64,000 bases of DNA from Verrucomicrobiota bacterium (GCA_036803685.1 DAIRTX010000006.1:3797-67796); one strand, 5' to 3'. Counted from the stretch's first letter, positions 16,301 to 24,498 are shown. The notes: generated by a model from the sequence alone, not told the origin. Program-made: numbers and translations.

Positions 16301-17930
16301 TAGAGACAACAAATGTCCCTGGCGCGACCACGTCCGGTTTAAAACGGCCGTTGCCACTTTCAACGCCCACACCGACGTTGCCCCGGCTGGAATATCCGGC
16401 CACTTGAAAACTCGTGTCCGTCATCGGTTTCCAGACAGCGGCCGAGTTGCTGTTGCGGTCGGTGACAATGTTCGTGATGCTGCGCAATTGCTCCAGCGCA
16501 CCCACGGTAATCACGTTCTTGGCCGTGGCCGGTGACAGGATGGTATCCGGATTTCCACCGCCGCCGCCATCATTGCCGCCACCGGCGTTGCCCGCCGAAA
16601 ACACAAACAACACCGGCTGCGAACCAGTCATTTCCGGCAACGCATCGCGCACCGCCGCGTCGTAACTTGCCGCCGCCAGGTCGTAGGTGCTGTCGCCGTA
16701 GTTCCAACCGTTGTTGGAAATCAGAGCGTTCGTCCGCGCCGCCGCTTCCTGAAGCTCCCGGTCTGATGCGTTCCAGTCCATGGAGAGCAAATTCGCCAGC
16801 GGCGCCATGCCGCGAAACTGGCCGTTCGTTCCGGGCATGATTGAACCGGACGCGTTGGTCACGGTCTTTGATTCATAACCATCTCCCGCAATGATGCCCG
16901 CCACGTGTGTGCCGTGGCCGTCAGTGTCAACAAGGCTCGCCGGATTCCCGAAAACCCGGACGGGGGAACCCCCGCCGTTGCTGAAATCGGGATGGGTCGC
17001 GTCTATACCCGAATCGTTCACCACCACCAATACGTTGCTGCCGGAAAGATTGAGATAATTCGTCGTCGTTTGCGTGTCAACTGCCACGCCCACGGTCGCG
17101 CGGCTCAAATCATTCGCGTGAACGCGCGGATGATACGGTTCGACGATTTGCACGCCGGGCAGCGTGATCAGCGCCGTCCAATTCTTTGGCGGAATCACGC
17201 GTACGACCGGCCCGAACGGCGAACGGTCCTGCGCCAAAACTTTCCCCCCGAGCTTTTCAATCTCTTGAATCGTTTGCTGTGCGTTGTCGCCGAATAGCCC
17301 GAGATTCAACGCCGCGCCATCCGGCAGAGCCATTTGCCCAACCGCCAAAGTGAGCATTGACGACTGGATTTTGTAATACGGTTCATAGGGAATCACCGCC
17401 TGCGTCAACGGATTGCCCGCCAGCCCATTGGCCACGCCCGCTTGGGCGCGCACGAGATAGGCGTCGTTCGGAATGTAGGAGACAATCTCCGCGCCCGCCG
17501 ACGCGAGCATGGCGCGGAAAGCGTTGTCAATCGGCCCGCGCGCCTGGACGATGTAAGCCCCCGGATCGCCATGCGACCGCAAATGAACCGGAATGGAAAA
17601 ATTCAGCGGGCTGCCCGTGTCAATCAGCGCGTTCTCCAGCAAAATCGCATGGCGGTCGCCCACCAACTGCCCGATGGTCTTGGTCGTGTTGCTGAGGCGA
17701 TAAGCGAATTGGTTTGTTTTAGCTGAAGTTGCACCGTTTGTGGAAACGGTCTGGCCGGTCAAAATGTTCGGCGCGGTGGACGCGGAACGAACCGTCGTGA
17801 CCGTCGGCACGGCAACTTTTGGGAGCGCGGACGGCTTCGTCTGCGTGTTCGCGGCCCGGGGCCAAAGAAGCCACGCACCCGCCAGGCACAGCAGGCACAA
17901 CAAAATCCAGATGAACGGACGCGAACGCAT
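7380..17930 (-). CDS. Giant (3516 aa) S8 subtilase with P-domains, DUF642-like, LamG, Ig-like and RCC1 repeats
   Basis: Catalytic motifs VNDSGID, HGTHVAG, SAGN, GTSMS. N-terminal hydrophobic signal/anchor. Repeated TNTATDSD..LTY..GIITWTP..TNSFTVTV units. Ends KFYRLVEYP. Confidence 0.93.
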   Translation of the reverse strand: MRSRPFIWILLCLLCLAGAWLLWPRAANTQTKPSALPKVAVPTVTTVRSASTAPNILTGQTVSTNGATSAKTNQFAYRLSNTTKTIGQLVGDRHAILLENALIDTGSPLNFSIPVHLRSHGDPGAYIVQARGPIDNAFRAMLASAGAEIVSYIPNDAYLVRAQAGVANGLAGNPLTQAVIPYEPYYKIQSSMLTLAVGQMALPDGAALNLGLFGDNAQQTIQEIEKLGGKVLAQDRSPFGPVVRVIPPKNWTALITLPGVQIVEPYHPRVHANDLSRATVGVAVDTQTTTNYLNLSGSNVLVVVNDSGIDATHPDFSNGGGSPVRVFGNPASLVDTDGHGTHVAGIIAGDGYESKTVTNASGSIMPGTNGQFRGMAPLANLLSMDWNASDRELQEAAARTNALISNNGWNYGDSTYDLAAASYDAAVRDALPEMTGSQPVLFVFSAGNAGGGNDGGGGGNPDTILSPATAKNVITVGALEQLRSITNIVTDRNSNSAAVWKPMTDTSFQVAGYSSRGNVGVGVESGNGRFKPDVVAPGTFVVSTRSQQWDEKAYYNPTNYHFAEFVKQAVAPQTLNYYNIFVPGNAVGVMIQVVPNILSPPPFPPNMPIYVEQADLPTTNTYDFVTGDNEVSIPPDSGGAIASILDIQNVGFWYAVGNTNNFLVNYDIITEIITTNDLGNYYTVLSNLNNSLGGDPDSLVPPHYYRYESGTSMSAADVSGVLVLMQDYFTNTLHTTPSPALLKAMLINGARPDGNYDFQAQNSINYQGWGLINLPNSLPPGITTNVNNATGEAMLVLDQSPASALATGDSHTYHLTIASAAAALPLRITLAWTDPPGDPAAAIKLVNDLNLVVTNLSNPTNPIVYYGNDFPASSTFSSAQSSTNAPNYDAINNVENVYLPPGAGTNFSVTVLGYRVNVNAVTAHTNNVVQDFALVISIGNGEVTNAFTATDNPIISNPTSDQQMTFVTTTNAPLLNQFVGASTPLLGTNTIQLTAGGTELNGIQLGGTNVLVTLGMTNQWHFYVITNTGAADFTNAAFITFIPDTLSIPRMGVFEDTVANATRPEADIDLYVSSNPGLMNLDPVVISNADKSVGRGGIEFVYYTNSAPGKVYYVGVYSEDQEASEYGFIPIFTDIPFSQMNPNGSQIVNGLVLPVNIPDGSPAHPGVGYVFALAINPMEIKRGTVTSTITHQNFGDLLGTLTHGGQNGLSRTTVLNNHDSLGNPPGPYTIIYDNSGQGDIVGSQPSDGPGSLNDYVGQQAIGPWILTEVDDSLTQTGSVTGFQMLIEPHQDLTKGITTTLGPLGWFRDFIDVPAGATNLTIYATNLTGTGQVDLFVKVGAIPTLTDTNEFGPARLTNSGLLGFDGSISIGPPLPPGRYWVGLYNESILPQTVYVIAKFGMGAVPGQVIFSSSGPTPILDDAVMTNSIFVTAAQTISSVEAALRVDHQRVSDLVFHLISPDGTRCLLVENRGGTTTNGMGATFAVTNIIPVSSTGGPEGGTNIINVSPTTGTLSIFYNFYNIEPDQMVIYDQSGHQIFDSGIILGSGLFNVAYTNSSYLTIVMDPGGGQIGTRWDYTVRALQASYAYLVLTENTNKTTTPIKYAVPPFHGILTNMLVTNAVLVTNLVPVTNAAVGWHNSFELGSSTNINPTAGTRFAGGWLVDFENVDVVTNGTWGQTAYEGGWLLDLNGFSAGGISTNITTVPGQTYILRFAYARNPDSILGAMGNPPHIPQANVSINGTVVTNVVANYTNTWANLNWQTVSYMFTATSLSTSLAFHSLDASGNFSGVLLDAVDLAPLSGANGFEGAAAGDYTQGHYFDGWAVNANQVTVITDTNLAYRGSNLLALADGVISRLLPTVPDQTYTLSYAYRGPGAVSLWRGENNGNDSISNNPGIPSNMTNTNGVVGKAFIFNGSTSQVRVPASASLNVGINNSGYTIDAWVNPVGAPINNLQSLLEWNVGSGSGAGPLGAQFGISGNWDGDLYANIMDTTLTAHYLSSVGGTMTGNIFQHVAMTYNKATGLAVLYRNGGVVQSANLGTGFTPWTSVDFFLGVRPAGNFANHFNGMMDEPTIYNRPLSASEIKAICNHSSSGKYDTNAPSIAQGLAEAQVTVGGTNFLFFGNNTNWQTTNITFTAALSNTVLQVAGFEPGMLLDNFALTQFLVTTQYVTNSVLNGGDVYYLPEQSLDTYKGLNALGQWQLEIWDNRAGAGLTNTLVSWQLRFNFPTTVSSIGVLTNGLAVTNVIPPGGMAYYLVIVPINADIATNRLLFATGPLNVWFNQTTLPVGTTPPDYLLIPNSTGGSSVLSLISAPTNFAAGGTYYLGVQNTGTSNITYGIEVDFHLLFPPAPPPIGTQIVDELTLLTVTNTASSTNQPLTYSVSGPPGVAISASGIITWTPTEAQGPGFYTIQTIITDSGVPPLHTTNSFNVIVIEVNTAPFFLGTPSNQTINAFSTLIVTNAAGDSDIPANPLTYTLTSTVTGTNVPIIDVNTGIITWTPTLAQAFTTNVITTVVTDFNPWAPVNQHLSVTNYFTVFVTGALSPFAFTQPATSVTGTSAQLNGMATPNGPPTTAWFEWGTSAGYGNQTPPVSVGGSFNVVYVTNQINGLVMNQPYHFRLVVSNIVEVVEVVYGFDQIFDETGVVAWGADYLGQTNVPPGLSNVVAVAAAHDHSLALKNDGTVLAWGDGFHGQTNVPVDLNGVVAVAGGEFYSLALKNNGTVAAWGANTIPGQTNVPAGLNSVVNIAGGRWSSLALKSNGRVVAWGYNIAGLTNVPAGLSNVVAVAGGGFHSLAVKNDGTMVAWGDNAAGQADVPPGLSNVVAIAGGGFHSLALKYDGTVVAWGDNSDGQTDVPPGLSNVVAVAAGGFHSLVLKNDGSVLAWGDNSTNQTSIPPGLSNVVAISSGYFHNLALASSFNVNLTNTPPFWLTTNPPPVTLDEMTTLLVTNTANDSDLPPQTLTYTVTMLVDTNAMITNGWPLNYATTNPPPVVNSNGVITWTPGEAQGPGVYIITAVVTDNGAPPLSATNSFTVTVNEVNTPPVLPSQTNYIINDLSTLVVTNTATDSDIPVNPLTYQLISFPAGATIDTNGVITWTPTLAQAGTTNIFTTVVTDTNPPAVNATSLSATNSFTVTVTTLINLPGGQPQTNSVAAGGITYYVVNVPTNADFATNILLFATAPVNVWFDTNSPPTTNLLLLPDITYPSGTNGSVVLSAGTTPPLVPGSTYYLGVQNTNSFAVTFGIEVDFHLLTSTNVPSLTNTIFISSITATNIGVTNGFLLTWFAPTNDLFQVQWTDNLAPPAWNTFTNIIGYTGPVTPTNGLFSFFDDGSQSGGLGPMRFYRLILLQSTNVLTLPFQPNLTIEALTPLVVTNTATDLNTNATLSYVLTTTVAGLPAPGINANGIITWTPALAQAGTVNTFTTVVTDNSLPPNSATNRFTVTVNPLPVLISSVTVTTNGFFQLQWSAPTNYQFQVAWTTNLVPPVVWNYIPPTPPYITSVTTNFTFVDTNAPTAMKFYRLVEYP

Positions 17931-17985
17931 AACAATTGGTCAAACAACTATCTCACACAATTTTCGCCAAAGCGAGGATGGCTTC

Positions 17986-18265
17986 GGTAGGGCCGCGTTG
18001 CCGCGCGGCCACGGACGACCGGCAGGTCGTCCCCACCACCATTCTCAATCCTCTATTTTCCATCTTTGCTTTCATTTCAGCTTGGCTGACTGCGGTAGGG
18101 CCGCGTTGCCGCGCGGCCACGGACGACCGGCAGGTCGTCCCTACCAATGACTGCCAATTTGCATTCTCAATCCTCTATTTTCCATCTTTGCTTTCATTTC
18201 AGTTTGGCGGCTGCGGTAGGGCCGCGCTGCTGCGCGGCCAGGCGGTGCGGCAGCACCGCCCTACC
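17986..18265. repeat. Three tandem GGTAGGG...CCCTACC REPs with duplicated linker (BIME-like)
   Basis: Copies at 17986-18037, 18094-18145 and 18215-18265. Linkers share CATTCTCAATCCTCTATTTTCCATCTTTGCTTTCATTTCAG. Confidence 0.9.
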
Positions 18266-18290
18266 ATTGATTCAACGATCATTTTCATAA

Positions 18291-21200
18291 TCAATCCGGC
18301 GGCAAAATGTTAAAGCTCTCGATGACGGCGTTGTTGTTCGTCACGACCGGAACACTGAACCAATGTGTGCCAAAAACATCGCTGGTGCTGCTAACGACAT
18401 TGGTCAAACTGCTGCCAAAGCGCACGACGGCGCGGGTAGCGATTTCCGACACAACCTGATAATTCGTGACCATGCCGAAAAACTGCCCACCGCCGGTGTA
18501 AATTGAATTCGGCGCGGGTTTGAGCGCCTGGCCGTAACAATAAATCACATAGCGCGGCGAACCGCTCACGCGCAGCAGCGACATCACCTGCTGCGGCAGC
18601 CATTCCATCAGCTCGTCGCTGATTTGCGCATTCGGGTCAAGCCCGGCGAGGAACGGCGATTGTTCCGTCAGCGCCGGCACGGCCAGAATGTCGCCCACAT
18701 GCGTGAAGCTCTGTAGTGGAAACAATTTGGTGTTCGCGCGAATATCGTTGATGCCGTTGGTGCCGTTCTGCACCAGATAACCCAAACACAGCGGCGAATT
18801 TGGACTTGGTGGAGGACCGACAGGCACAGGCGCACCGGCGGGACCGGCCGGATTGATGACCGTGTAAGTATTGGTGAGGCTCGTCGGCACGATAATGCCG
18901 CTGAACAAGGCCGACCAAGCGGCGAGGTTGGCGTTGGTCGGACCCACATTGACCGAAAGCTGGCCGCGCGTGGCATTGTCATTGAACGCGGTGGTGAATA
19001 GGTCGAACAACAGCCGGTCCTGCACCGGAGCGGAGTTCGTAGCATCAATTGAATTTCCGTTGCCAGTCCAAGTCGTCCAAGTGGCGGTGTAATTGGTCAA
19101 AGTCAAAATGTTCGTCGCTTTGAGGAAGACGGTTTGCCACGGCGTGCCGCGATGGACGCGGCCCAGCCAGCCGACGGTCGGGAATTTGTTGGTCGGGAAA
19201 TCCCAATTGTCCGATTGCCACATCAGCGGATCTTTGAACGCGAAATTGTAGGGATTCGGGTCAAAGTTCGTGGACATGAGAGTTCTTCCCCACGGTTGGT
19301 AACGATTATTCAAAATACCAAAGGTGGGCCTGGGCAAATTCGCGGACTTGTTCCACTGGCTTGTTCCGGTTGGCGGCTTGGTATCCTGCCCGGAATAATT
19401 CAAGTCGCTCGCCAAATAATGAACCAAGGGGTCGTTTGCCTGCCATGAAATAAATTCAAAAATAATCCGCATTGGCGTGAAGGGAACCTGCTGGCTCAGG
19501 TTGGTGTTGACCACGGAACTTTTGCCATTTATCGGCGGGCTTAACTGTTTGGGGTTCCCCTTATAAAAAAATGCATCAAAAAACGGCTTCTCAAGCGCTC
19601 CGTACGTATTGTCCCATGTGCCTCCCGCATTCGACGGCAAATCAGCCAACCCCCTTGAAACATTAATTTGATTCACAACTCCATACGGTTTTGAGCTGTT
19701 TAAATAAGCATTCGTGCTCCACATATACGCCGGATCACCAACCGAGTAAGGATCCTGAAGTTCATTATTTAGATCACGGCTGCTGTCCGGACCGGCGAAA
19801 TGGGCATAATCAATGACGTGATTGCCATCAATGATAATCACCTGCAAGCGATTCGTTGTCCGCAAACCAAAGTGCGGCAGTTGCAAAATGCCGGTGTCTA
19901 AAAAGTTGGAGGGATCCAGAGACTGGGGAATGAAACAAGGCGGAGTATACCCCGGCACAGCGCTGGAACTATAATCATAGACGGAGTTGGTGAGCAAAAC
20001 GACCGTCGAAACCGTCGGGTTCAATGGAATGAAAAACGAGTCCGTCTGTGGCTGGCCATTGGGCTGAGGATAACTGCTGCTCCATGCAGAACCCGGCCAC
20101 AAGTTGGTTGAGAAGGTGTTGGTGAAACCACCGTTGATGATCCGCGGCGTTGAAAAGCCCGGAGCATCATTCATCAACACCATCGAGATGTTGTCGCGGA
20201 CCAACCCCTGAATCGAAGTCAACCTGACATAATCGGAGTTATACGAGTTCCAAAGTTCGGCACCGAGGGAGTTGCTGACGCTGAAAATATACATTTGGTT
20301 GGTTGTAATGGCCCCCGCGATGGTCTGGCGCGTCACCTGCAGTTTACGCTCCACCTGCACAACGTTTTGCATCGTAAACTCGTTGAAGTTCGGGAAACCC
20401 TTCTTTGCACCAATAATCCACGGGACACCATAAATGTTCACGGCTAAATTGGTGACCACACCGCTCATCGCCGCCAAAACGGAGGCGTCAATCGGTTGCG
20501 CGAGTTGCCAGTCGCTCAATCCCGAAACCAACAGTACGACATTCGTATAGCCGCTGATAAAAACATTCGTGCCCCGGCCGTCGGCGTCCCGCGAAAAGAC
20601 CGGGCGGAACACAGACGGATAATTGTTGCCCAGCGCAAATGTGTTATTCGTCGTCGCATCGTAAATGTTGGCGGCGAGCTGGAGCACGCGGTTCACAGCG
20701 GGTGAATAAACGAACTGGTTGCTCACCAAAACCGGAATGTTCCCGATGCCAAAGGCGGGGTAGTTGGCCCATAGGGACGGATTAAAAAACATCGGACTGA
20801 AATCGGTCACGCTGTAAAACGTGGTGGCGAAGTTGGTGGGATTGCTGTTGCGCCACTGGGTGGTGTAGGCGCGCAGCATCCGGTCGGCGGCGTTGGTGAA
20901 AAACGCCAGCGGCTGCCACATGAAGAAATTCGTGGAGGAGGCGACGCCGTTGGTGTTCAAAAATCCATTCAAAACCGGATCAAGATTGTCGTAATTGAGG
21001 TTCATCTTGCCCGAGTCCGGCGTGGTGTCCGTGCCGAGTTGCGAGAGCAGCCGGTAAAACGTGTAGCGGTCGTAGGTGGAGACGTTCGTGCCAGCCTGTT
21101 TCAAATGGTCAATAAAGCCGGGCGGTGTCACGTTCAGTTCCGTCTTGTTCGGGTCGAACAAATCTGATGGCGTGAAATAATGGTTGGTATTGTCCGCGCC

Positions 21201-22394
21201 GGCCCACAGCAAAGTGGGATTGTCGGCCACGAAATCCGCATTCGTATTAAATGTGGTCTGCAACGGTCCATCGCTGTAACCGTCGATGTTATCGTTTCGG
21301 AAGGCAATGTCACCGGGACCGCCGAGGCCGCCAAATAATGTGTCCACGTTGGCCAGCGTGTTGTAGTTGAAATTATAACGGTAGTTCAGGATCGAGAAGG
21401 CGTCGTTAAAAGCCGCTCCGCCATTCGCAAAACCGATGGGCCGTTTATATTGGTATGCGCCACCAAGCAACGGGTTGTCCCACTCATTCGTATTCAAATC
21501 GGCCAGGAACGCAGCCAAGTTGATTTCCCAAGAGCCGACGCCTTGGTTACGGAAATAGCCATCGTTTACAAGATTCAAAGGCAGATTATTCTCCTGCAAT
21601 GTTTGATTGTGAATGGCGTTCAAGTCGAGCGTGTTGCCGACGGGCACGGTAATGAAGGCATAGCGCGCAATGAATTTGTTGTTCGGACCGTAAGGCGCGT
21701 CGGGTCGCTCCAACACCCCAATCCATTCCGGGTCGCCGACCATCACATTGCTCCGCGTGTTTCCGGGAATGATATTCGGCATGGTGTTGCCGTTGTTATC
21801 GTAATATGGATTGAGTGGATCCGGACTAATGACCGGCAGCAGGCCGTTGGCGTCAAACTTTGCGTTGCGATTGAGATCGAGGTAAAAGCGGAAATCGTTT
21901 GAGCCGACGGAGTTGGTGACGATGAAAACCGGCGGACGCGGGCTGACATACAAATTGGTCAAGTCGCCCGGCAGGTTGGTAAAATTCAACGGCCAGCCAT
22001 TCGTCGAGACGAGCAGGCTGAAGTTGTAGGGATTGGTGGTGGAAAGGACGTTGGCGATGACCTGGGCCTCGGCGTTGGCCAGCGCGGCGTCGGCGGCCAG
22101 CCGCGCGCTGGCGGTGTCGGTGACGGTGGTGACGGCGCTGCGTTCACGGCGGCTCAAGGCCAGAAAGGTGATGGCCATGAACGTCACCACGGACAGCAAA
22201 ATCAGCGTGATGATGAGGGCGACGCCGCGGCGGGAAGGCTGAAGGCCGCGTTGCGAGGGACGAGAAGAACGGAAACATCGAACATCGAACTCCGAACTTC
22301 CAACATCGAATATGAAATTTAAGCCATCGTGACGGCGTTCGATGTTCGGCGTTCGGCGTTCAGCGTTCGATGTTCGTTTGGTTCTCATTCTCAT
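18291..22394 (-). CDS. Large PilX/GspK-class minor pilin (Verru_Chthon cassette A-like)
   Basis: RRG|VALIITLILLSVVTFMAITFLAL without Glu5, last pilin of the series, 1367 aa, ATGA-coupled to the upstream gene. Confidence 0.8.
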   Translation of the reverse strand: MRMRTKRTSNAERRTPNIERRHDGLNFIFDVGSSEFDVRCFRSSRPSQRGLQPSRRGVALIITLILLSVVTFMAITFLALSRRERSAVTTVTDTASARLAADAALANAEAQVIANVLSTTNPYNFSLLVSTNGWPLNFTNLPGDLTNLYVSPRPPVFIVTNSVGSNDFRFYLDLNRNAKFDANGLLPVISPDPLNPYYDNNGNTMPNIIPGNTRSNVMVGDPEWIGVLERPDAPYGPNNKFIARYAFITVPVGNTLDLNAIHNQTLQENNLPLNLVNDGYFRNQGVGSWEINLAAFLADLNTNEWDNPLLGGAYQYKRPIGFANGGAAFNDAFSILNYRYNFNYNTLANVDTLFGGLGGPGDIAFRNDNIDGYSDGPLQTTFNTNADFVADNPTLLWAGADNTNHYFTPSDLFDPNKTELNVTPPGFIDHLKQAGTNVSTYDRYTFYRLLSQLGTDTTPDSGKMNLNYDNLDPVLNGFLNTNGVASSTNFFMWQPLAFFTNAADRMLRAYTTQWRNSNPTNFATTFYSVTDFSPMFFNPSLWANYPAFGIGNIPVLVSNQFVYSPAVNRVLQLAANIYDATTNNTFALGNNYPSVFRPVFSRDADGRGTNVFISGYTNVVLLVSGLSDWQLAQPIDASVLAAMSGVVTNLAVNIYGVPWIIGAKKGFPNFNEFTMQNVVQVERKLQVTRQTIAGAITTNQMYIFSVSNSLGAELWNSYNSDYVRLTSIQGLVRDNISMVLMNDAPGFSTPRIINGGFTNTFSTNLWPGSAWSSSYPQPNGQPQTDSFFIPLNPTVSTVVLLTNSVYDYSSSAVPGYTPPCFIPQSLDPSNFLDTGILQLPHFGLRTTNRLQVIIIDGNHVIDYAHFAGPDSSRDLNNELQDPYSVGDPAYMWSTNAYLNSSKPYGVVNQINVSRGLADLPSNAGGTWDNTYGALEKPFFDAFFYKGNPKQLSPPINGKSSVVNTNLSQQVPFTPMRIIFEFISWQANDPLVHYLASDLNYSGQDTKPPTGTSQWNKSANLPRPTFGILNNRYQPWGRTLMSTNFDPNPYNFAFKDPLMWQSDNWDFPTNKFPTVGWLGRVHRGTPWQTVFLKATNILTLTNYTATWTTWTGNGNSIDATNSAPVQDRLLFDLFTTAFNDNATRGQLSVNVGPTNANLAAWSALFSGIIVPTSLTNTYTVINPAGPAGAPVPVGPPPSPNSPLCLGYLVQNGTNGINDIRANTKLFPLQSFTHVGDILAVPALTEQSPFLAGLDPNAQISDELMEWLPQQVMSLLRVSGSPRYVIYCYGQALKPAPNSIYTGGGQFFGMVTNYQVVSEIATRAVVRFGSSLTNVVSSTSDVFGTHWFSVPVVTNNNAVIESFNILPPD
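22274..22376. repeat. Inverted blocks of heptamer repeats in the PilX-like leader
   Basis: AACATCG-type x5 (22274-22310) and CG(G/A)(C/T)GTT-type x6 (22333-22376), encoding NAERRTPNIERR and FDVGSSEFDVRC. Confidence 0.8.
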
Positions 22395-23389
22395 TGATAG
22401 GCCGAGGGGTCAACGTTGCGAATCCAGACGCGCTGCCGGAACAGGTGAACCTGGCCGACGTGATTCGACAAGTAAGCCATTTGCGCCGTTGGATTATTAG
22501 CGAGCGATTCGGCGCGCTGGAGCGTGCGGTCTTCGAGCAAACCCAATTGGATTTCCACGGACGCGGGCAGCGTGTTGCTGAACATGTAAAATCCAACCTC
22601 GCCCAGCACCGGCGACGAATACCAGACGTTTCTGGCTGTGTTTGTGTATCCGAACGGGTAGCCATTAGTCATCCAATAGCCATTGTTGTCGTAAGCGCGC
22701 ACCGTCAAATGCACCACGCCGTCCATCAAATGGCTCATGATGCTGGTGTTGGTCCAGGCGGCAAAGAAGACGGCGTTCGTAAAAGCCTTGTAAAGCGCTG
22801 CGGGACCGGCGGCGGCCAGCACATTGGTCGTCATGGAAAAACGGTAAAGCGGGTTGATGGAGTTTGCATTGGTCGTGTCCACCACGTAACCGGTGCCCGT
22901 CCATGTCGTGTTCTGGCGCGTGAGGATGAAGAAATTTTCCAGCACGTTGGTCCGCGTTTGCGCGCTGCCGGCCAACGATTGCCCCAGCGGCCCGATTTGG
23001 GATTGATACTGGAATTGATTGGGATTGGCGTAAAAATTCACCGCGACATTGCTGACGCCAAACGACGGGGCCATTGGTTCCAAATCGCTTTTGATCAGCC
23101 CCATCACGCTGCGGCCGCCTTCCAGCACGTCGGTCTGCGTGATGCTCGCGCGAAACGCGGCCTGCGTGCTGCTGAACACCGCCATCAACGCCAGCACGAT
23201 GAGCGCCATCAACACCACCACCACGAGAATTTCGACCAGGGTGAAGGCATTTGTGCCGGAGGGACGAGCTATGCGAGTCCCTGATCTCCGCAAAGGAAAA
23301 GAGGTCCATTGGGGACTCGTGTAACTCGTCCCTCCGAACGGGGACTCGTGTAACTCGTCCCTCCGAACGGTCAGGCCAAAATGTTGCAT
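22391..23389 (-). CDS. PilW/GspJ-like prepilin
   Basis: TNA|FTLVEILVVVVLMALIVLALMAVF. Start placed at ATG 23389, preceded by AGGA just after the upstream stop. Confidence 0.85.
   Translation of the reverse strand: MQHFGLTVRRDELHESPFGGTSYTSPQWTSFPLRRSGTRIARPSGTNAFTLVEILVVVVLMALIVLALMAVFSSTQAAFRASITQTDVLEGGRSVMGLIKSDLEPMAPSFGVSNVAVNFYANPNQFQYQSQIGPLGQSLAGSAQTRTNVLENFFILTRQNTTWTGTGYVVDTTNANSINPLYRFSMTTNVLAAAGPAALYKAFTNAVFFAAWTNTSIMSHLMDGVVHLTVRAYDNNGYWMTNGYPFGYTNTARNVWYSSPVLGEVGFYMFSNTLPASVEIQLGLLEDRTLQRAESLANNPTAQMAYLSNHVGQVHLFRQRVWIRNVDPSAYQ
23258..23367. repeat. GGAGGGACGAGTTACACGAGTCCC inverted-repeat element in pilin leader
   Basis: Left arm 23258-23281; right arm tandemly duplicated 23311-23367. 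Confidence 0.85.
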
Positions 23390-23397
23390 TCCTGTTT

Positions 23398-24498
23398 TCA
23401 CGGCGTGTTGACGAAGGATTGGGACGCGTAAAAATAAAAATTGTTGTAGATGGGGTCCGGGGCCAGTTGTCCGGCGACCATGGTGCGAAAGGTCTGGCGG
23501 CCGGGGCCTACTTTGCCGTTGGGCAGTTGCGGCCAGAGAAACGTCAGCCGCAACTCGTGCAGGTTGGCGGCGAGTTCCTGGGGGTAAAGAATCCGTGCCC
23601 ACCTAACTGAACTATCGGGAACATCGCTCGATTGTGGCGGCAGAGGCGGTTGCCCTGCGACGATTGCCTGCCAATAAGAATAAGTTGTCTGTCCGGGCAA
23701 GATGTAAGAAACATAGTCGCCCCCGTTGTATGACTTAGGCAGCCAGAGTGGAGGAGTATTCATTGTGATCGGCGTTGTGATCGGCGCGTTGACGCACAGG
23801 ATGCGGTAGCCGAAAGAATCTTCCCGAATGATGCTGTCGTTGGGTTGCGGCGGCTTTTCCACCGCCGGCCCACTGATGGAACGGACATAGGCGACGACGT
23901 GGTTGCTGATGCCGCCGTTAATCAAAGTCGGAATCGGCAAGCCGTTGACATCCAGATATTCCGGTGTGCTCAAAAGCCCCACGATGCGGAAGCCGTTGGT
24001 GATGGGAAAAAAGGGAGCGGACGATGGCCATGTTACCTGCGAAGCAGAGTAAGTGTAACCATTGGCGCCCGAAACATGGGTGGTGATATTTGTCCAGTAA
24101 TTCGTGATGGCATAGACGTAATTGGTCAGGTCGTCCAGGCCGCGCGCGCCGCCACGGATGGCCTCCATCAAAACGGTTGCGTCCTGATTGATGATGGTTT
24201 CCTCGCGGTTGTCCCGCTGCGTGTTCATGCCAATGGGCAGGACGCCGATGATGGCGACGAGCGCGATGCCGATGACCGCCAAGCTGATGGCAATCTCGAC
24301 CATGGTGAAGCCGCTGACATCGGAGGGGCGAGTTACACGAGTCCCTAATTCGGAAGGACGAGTTACACAAGTCCCTAATCTTGGATGATAAAAAGAACCT
24401 GATTGGGGACTCGTGTAACTTGTCCCTCCGAAAATCGTCCCTCCGAAAGCGCCATTCGGGCGACACGCCTTGTGAAAATATGTCTGGCAAATTTTCAT
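23398..24498 (-). CDS. PilV/GspI-like prepilin
   Basis: VSG|FTMVEIAISLAVIGIALVAIIGVL after a 63-aa leader. ATGA overlap with the upstream gene. Confidence 0.85.
   Translation of the reverse strand: MKICQTYFHKACRPNGAFGGTIFGGTSYTSPQSGSFYHPRLGTCVTRPSELGTRVTRPSDVSGFTMVEIAISLAVIGIALVAIIGVLPIGMNTQRDNREETIINQDATVLMEAIRGGARGLDDLTNYVYAITNYWTNITTHVSGANGYTYSASQVTWPSSAPFFPITNGFRIVGLLSTPEYLDVNGLPIPTLINGGISNHVVAYVRSISGPAVEKPPQPNDSIIREDSFGYRILCVNAPITTPITMNTPPLWLPKSYNGGDYVSYILPGQTTYSYWQAIVAGQPPLPPQSSDVPDSSVRWARILYPQELAANLHELRLTFLWPQLPNGKVGPGRQTFRTMVAGQLAPDPIYNNFYFYASQSFVNTP
24320..24448. repeat. Same inverted-repeat element in pilin leader (left arm duplicated)
   Basis: TCGGAGGGGCGAGTTACACGAGTCCCTAAT-like arms at 24320 and 24350; opposite arm at 24405-24430. 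Confidence 0.85.

Noticed and set aside
17986-18265. Possible CRISPR array
   Set aside because: Only three units, linkers are copies of each other, the repeat family is dispersed and intragenic, and no cas genes are present. It is REP/BIME-like.
22391-23602. Longest-ORF starts for the PilW-like gene, the first pilin, paaX, GH2, GH5 and the 58.2 kb gene
   Set aside because: The extensions overlap neighbours or operators; downstream starts fit RBS, coupling or signal peptides better.
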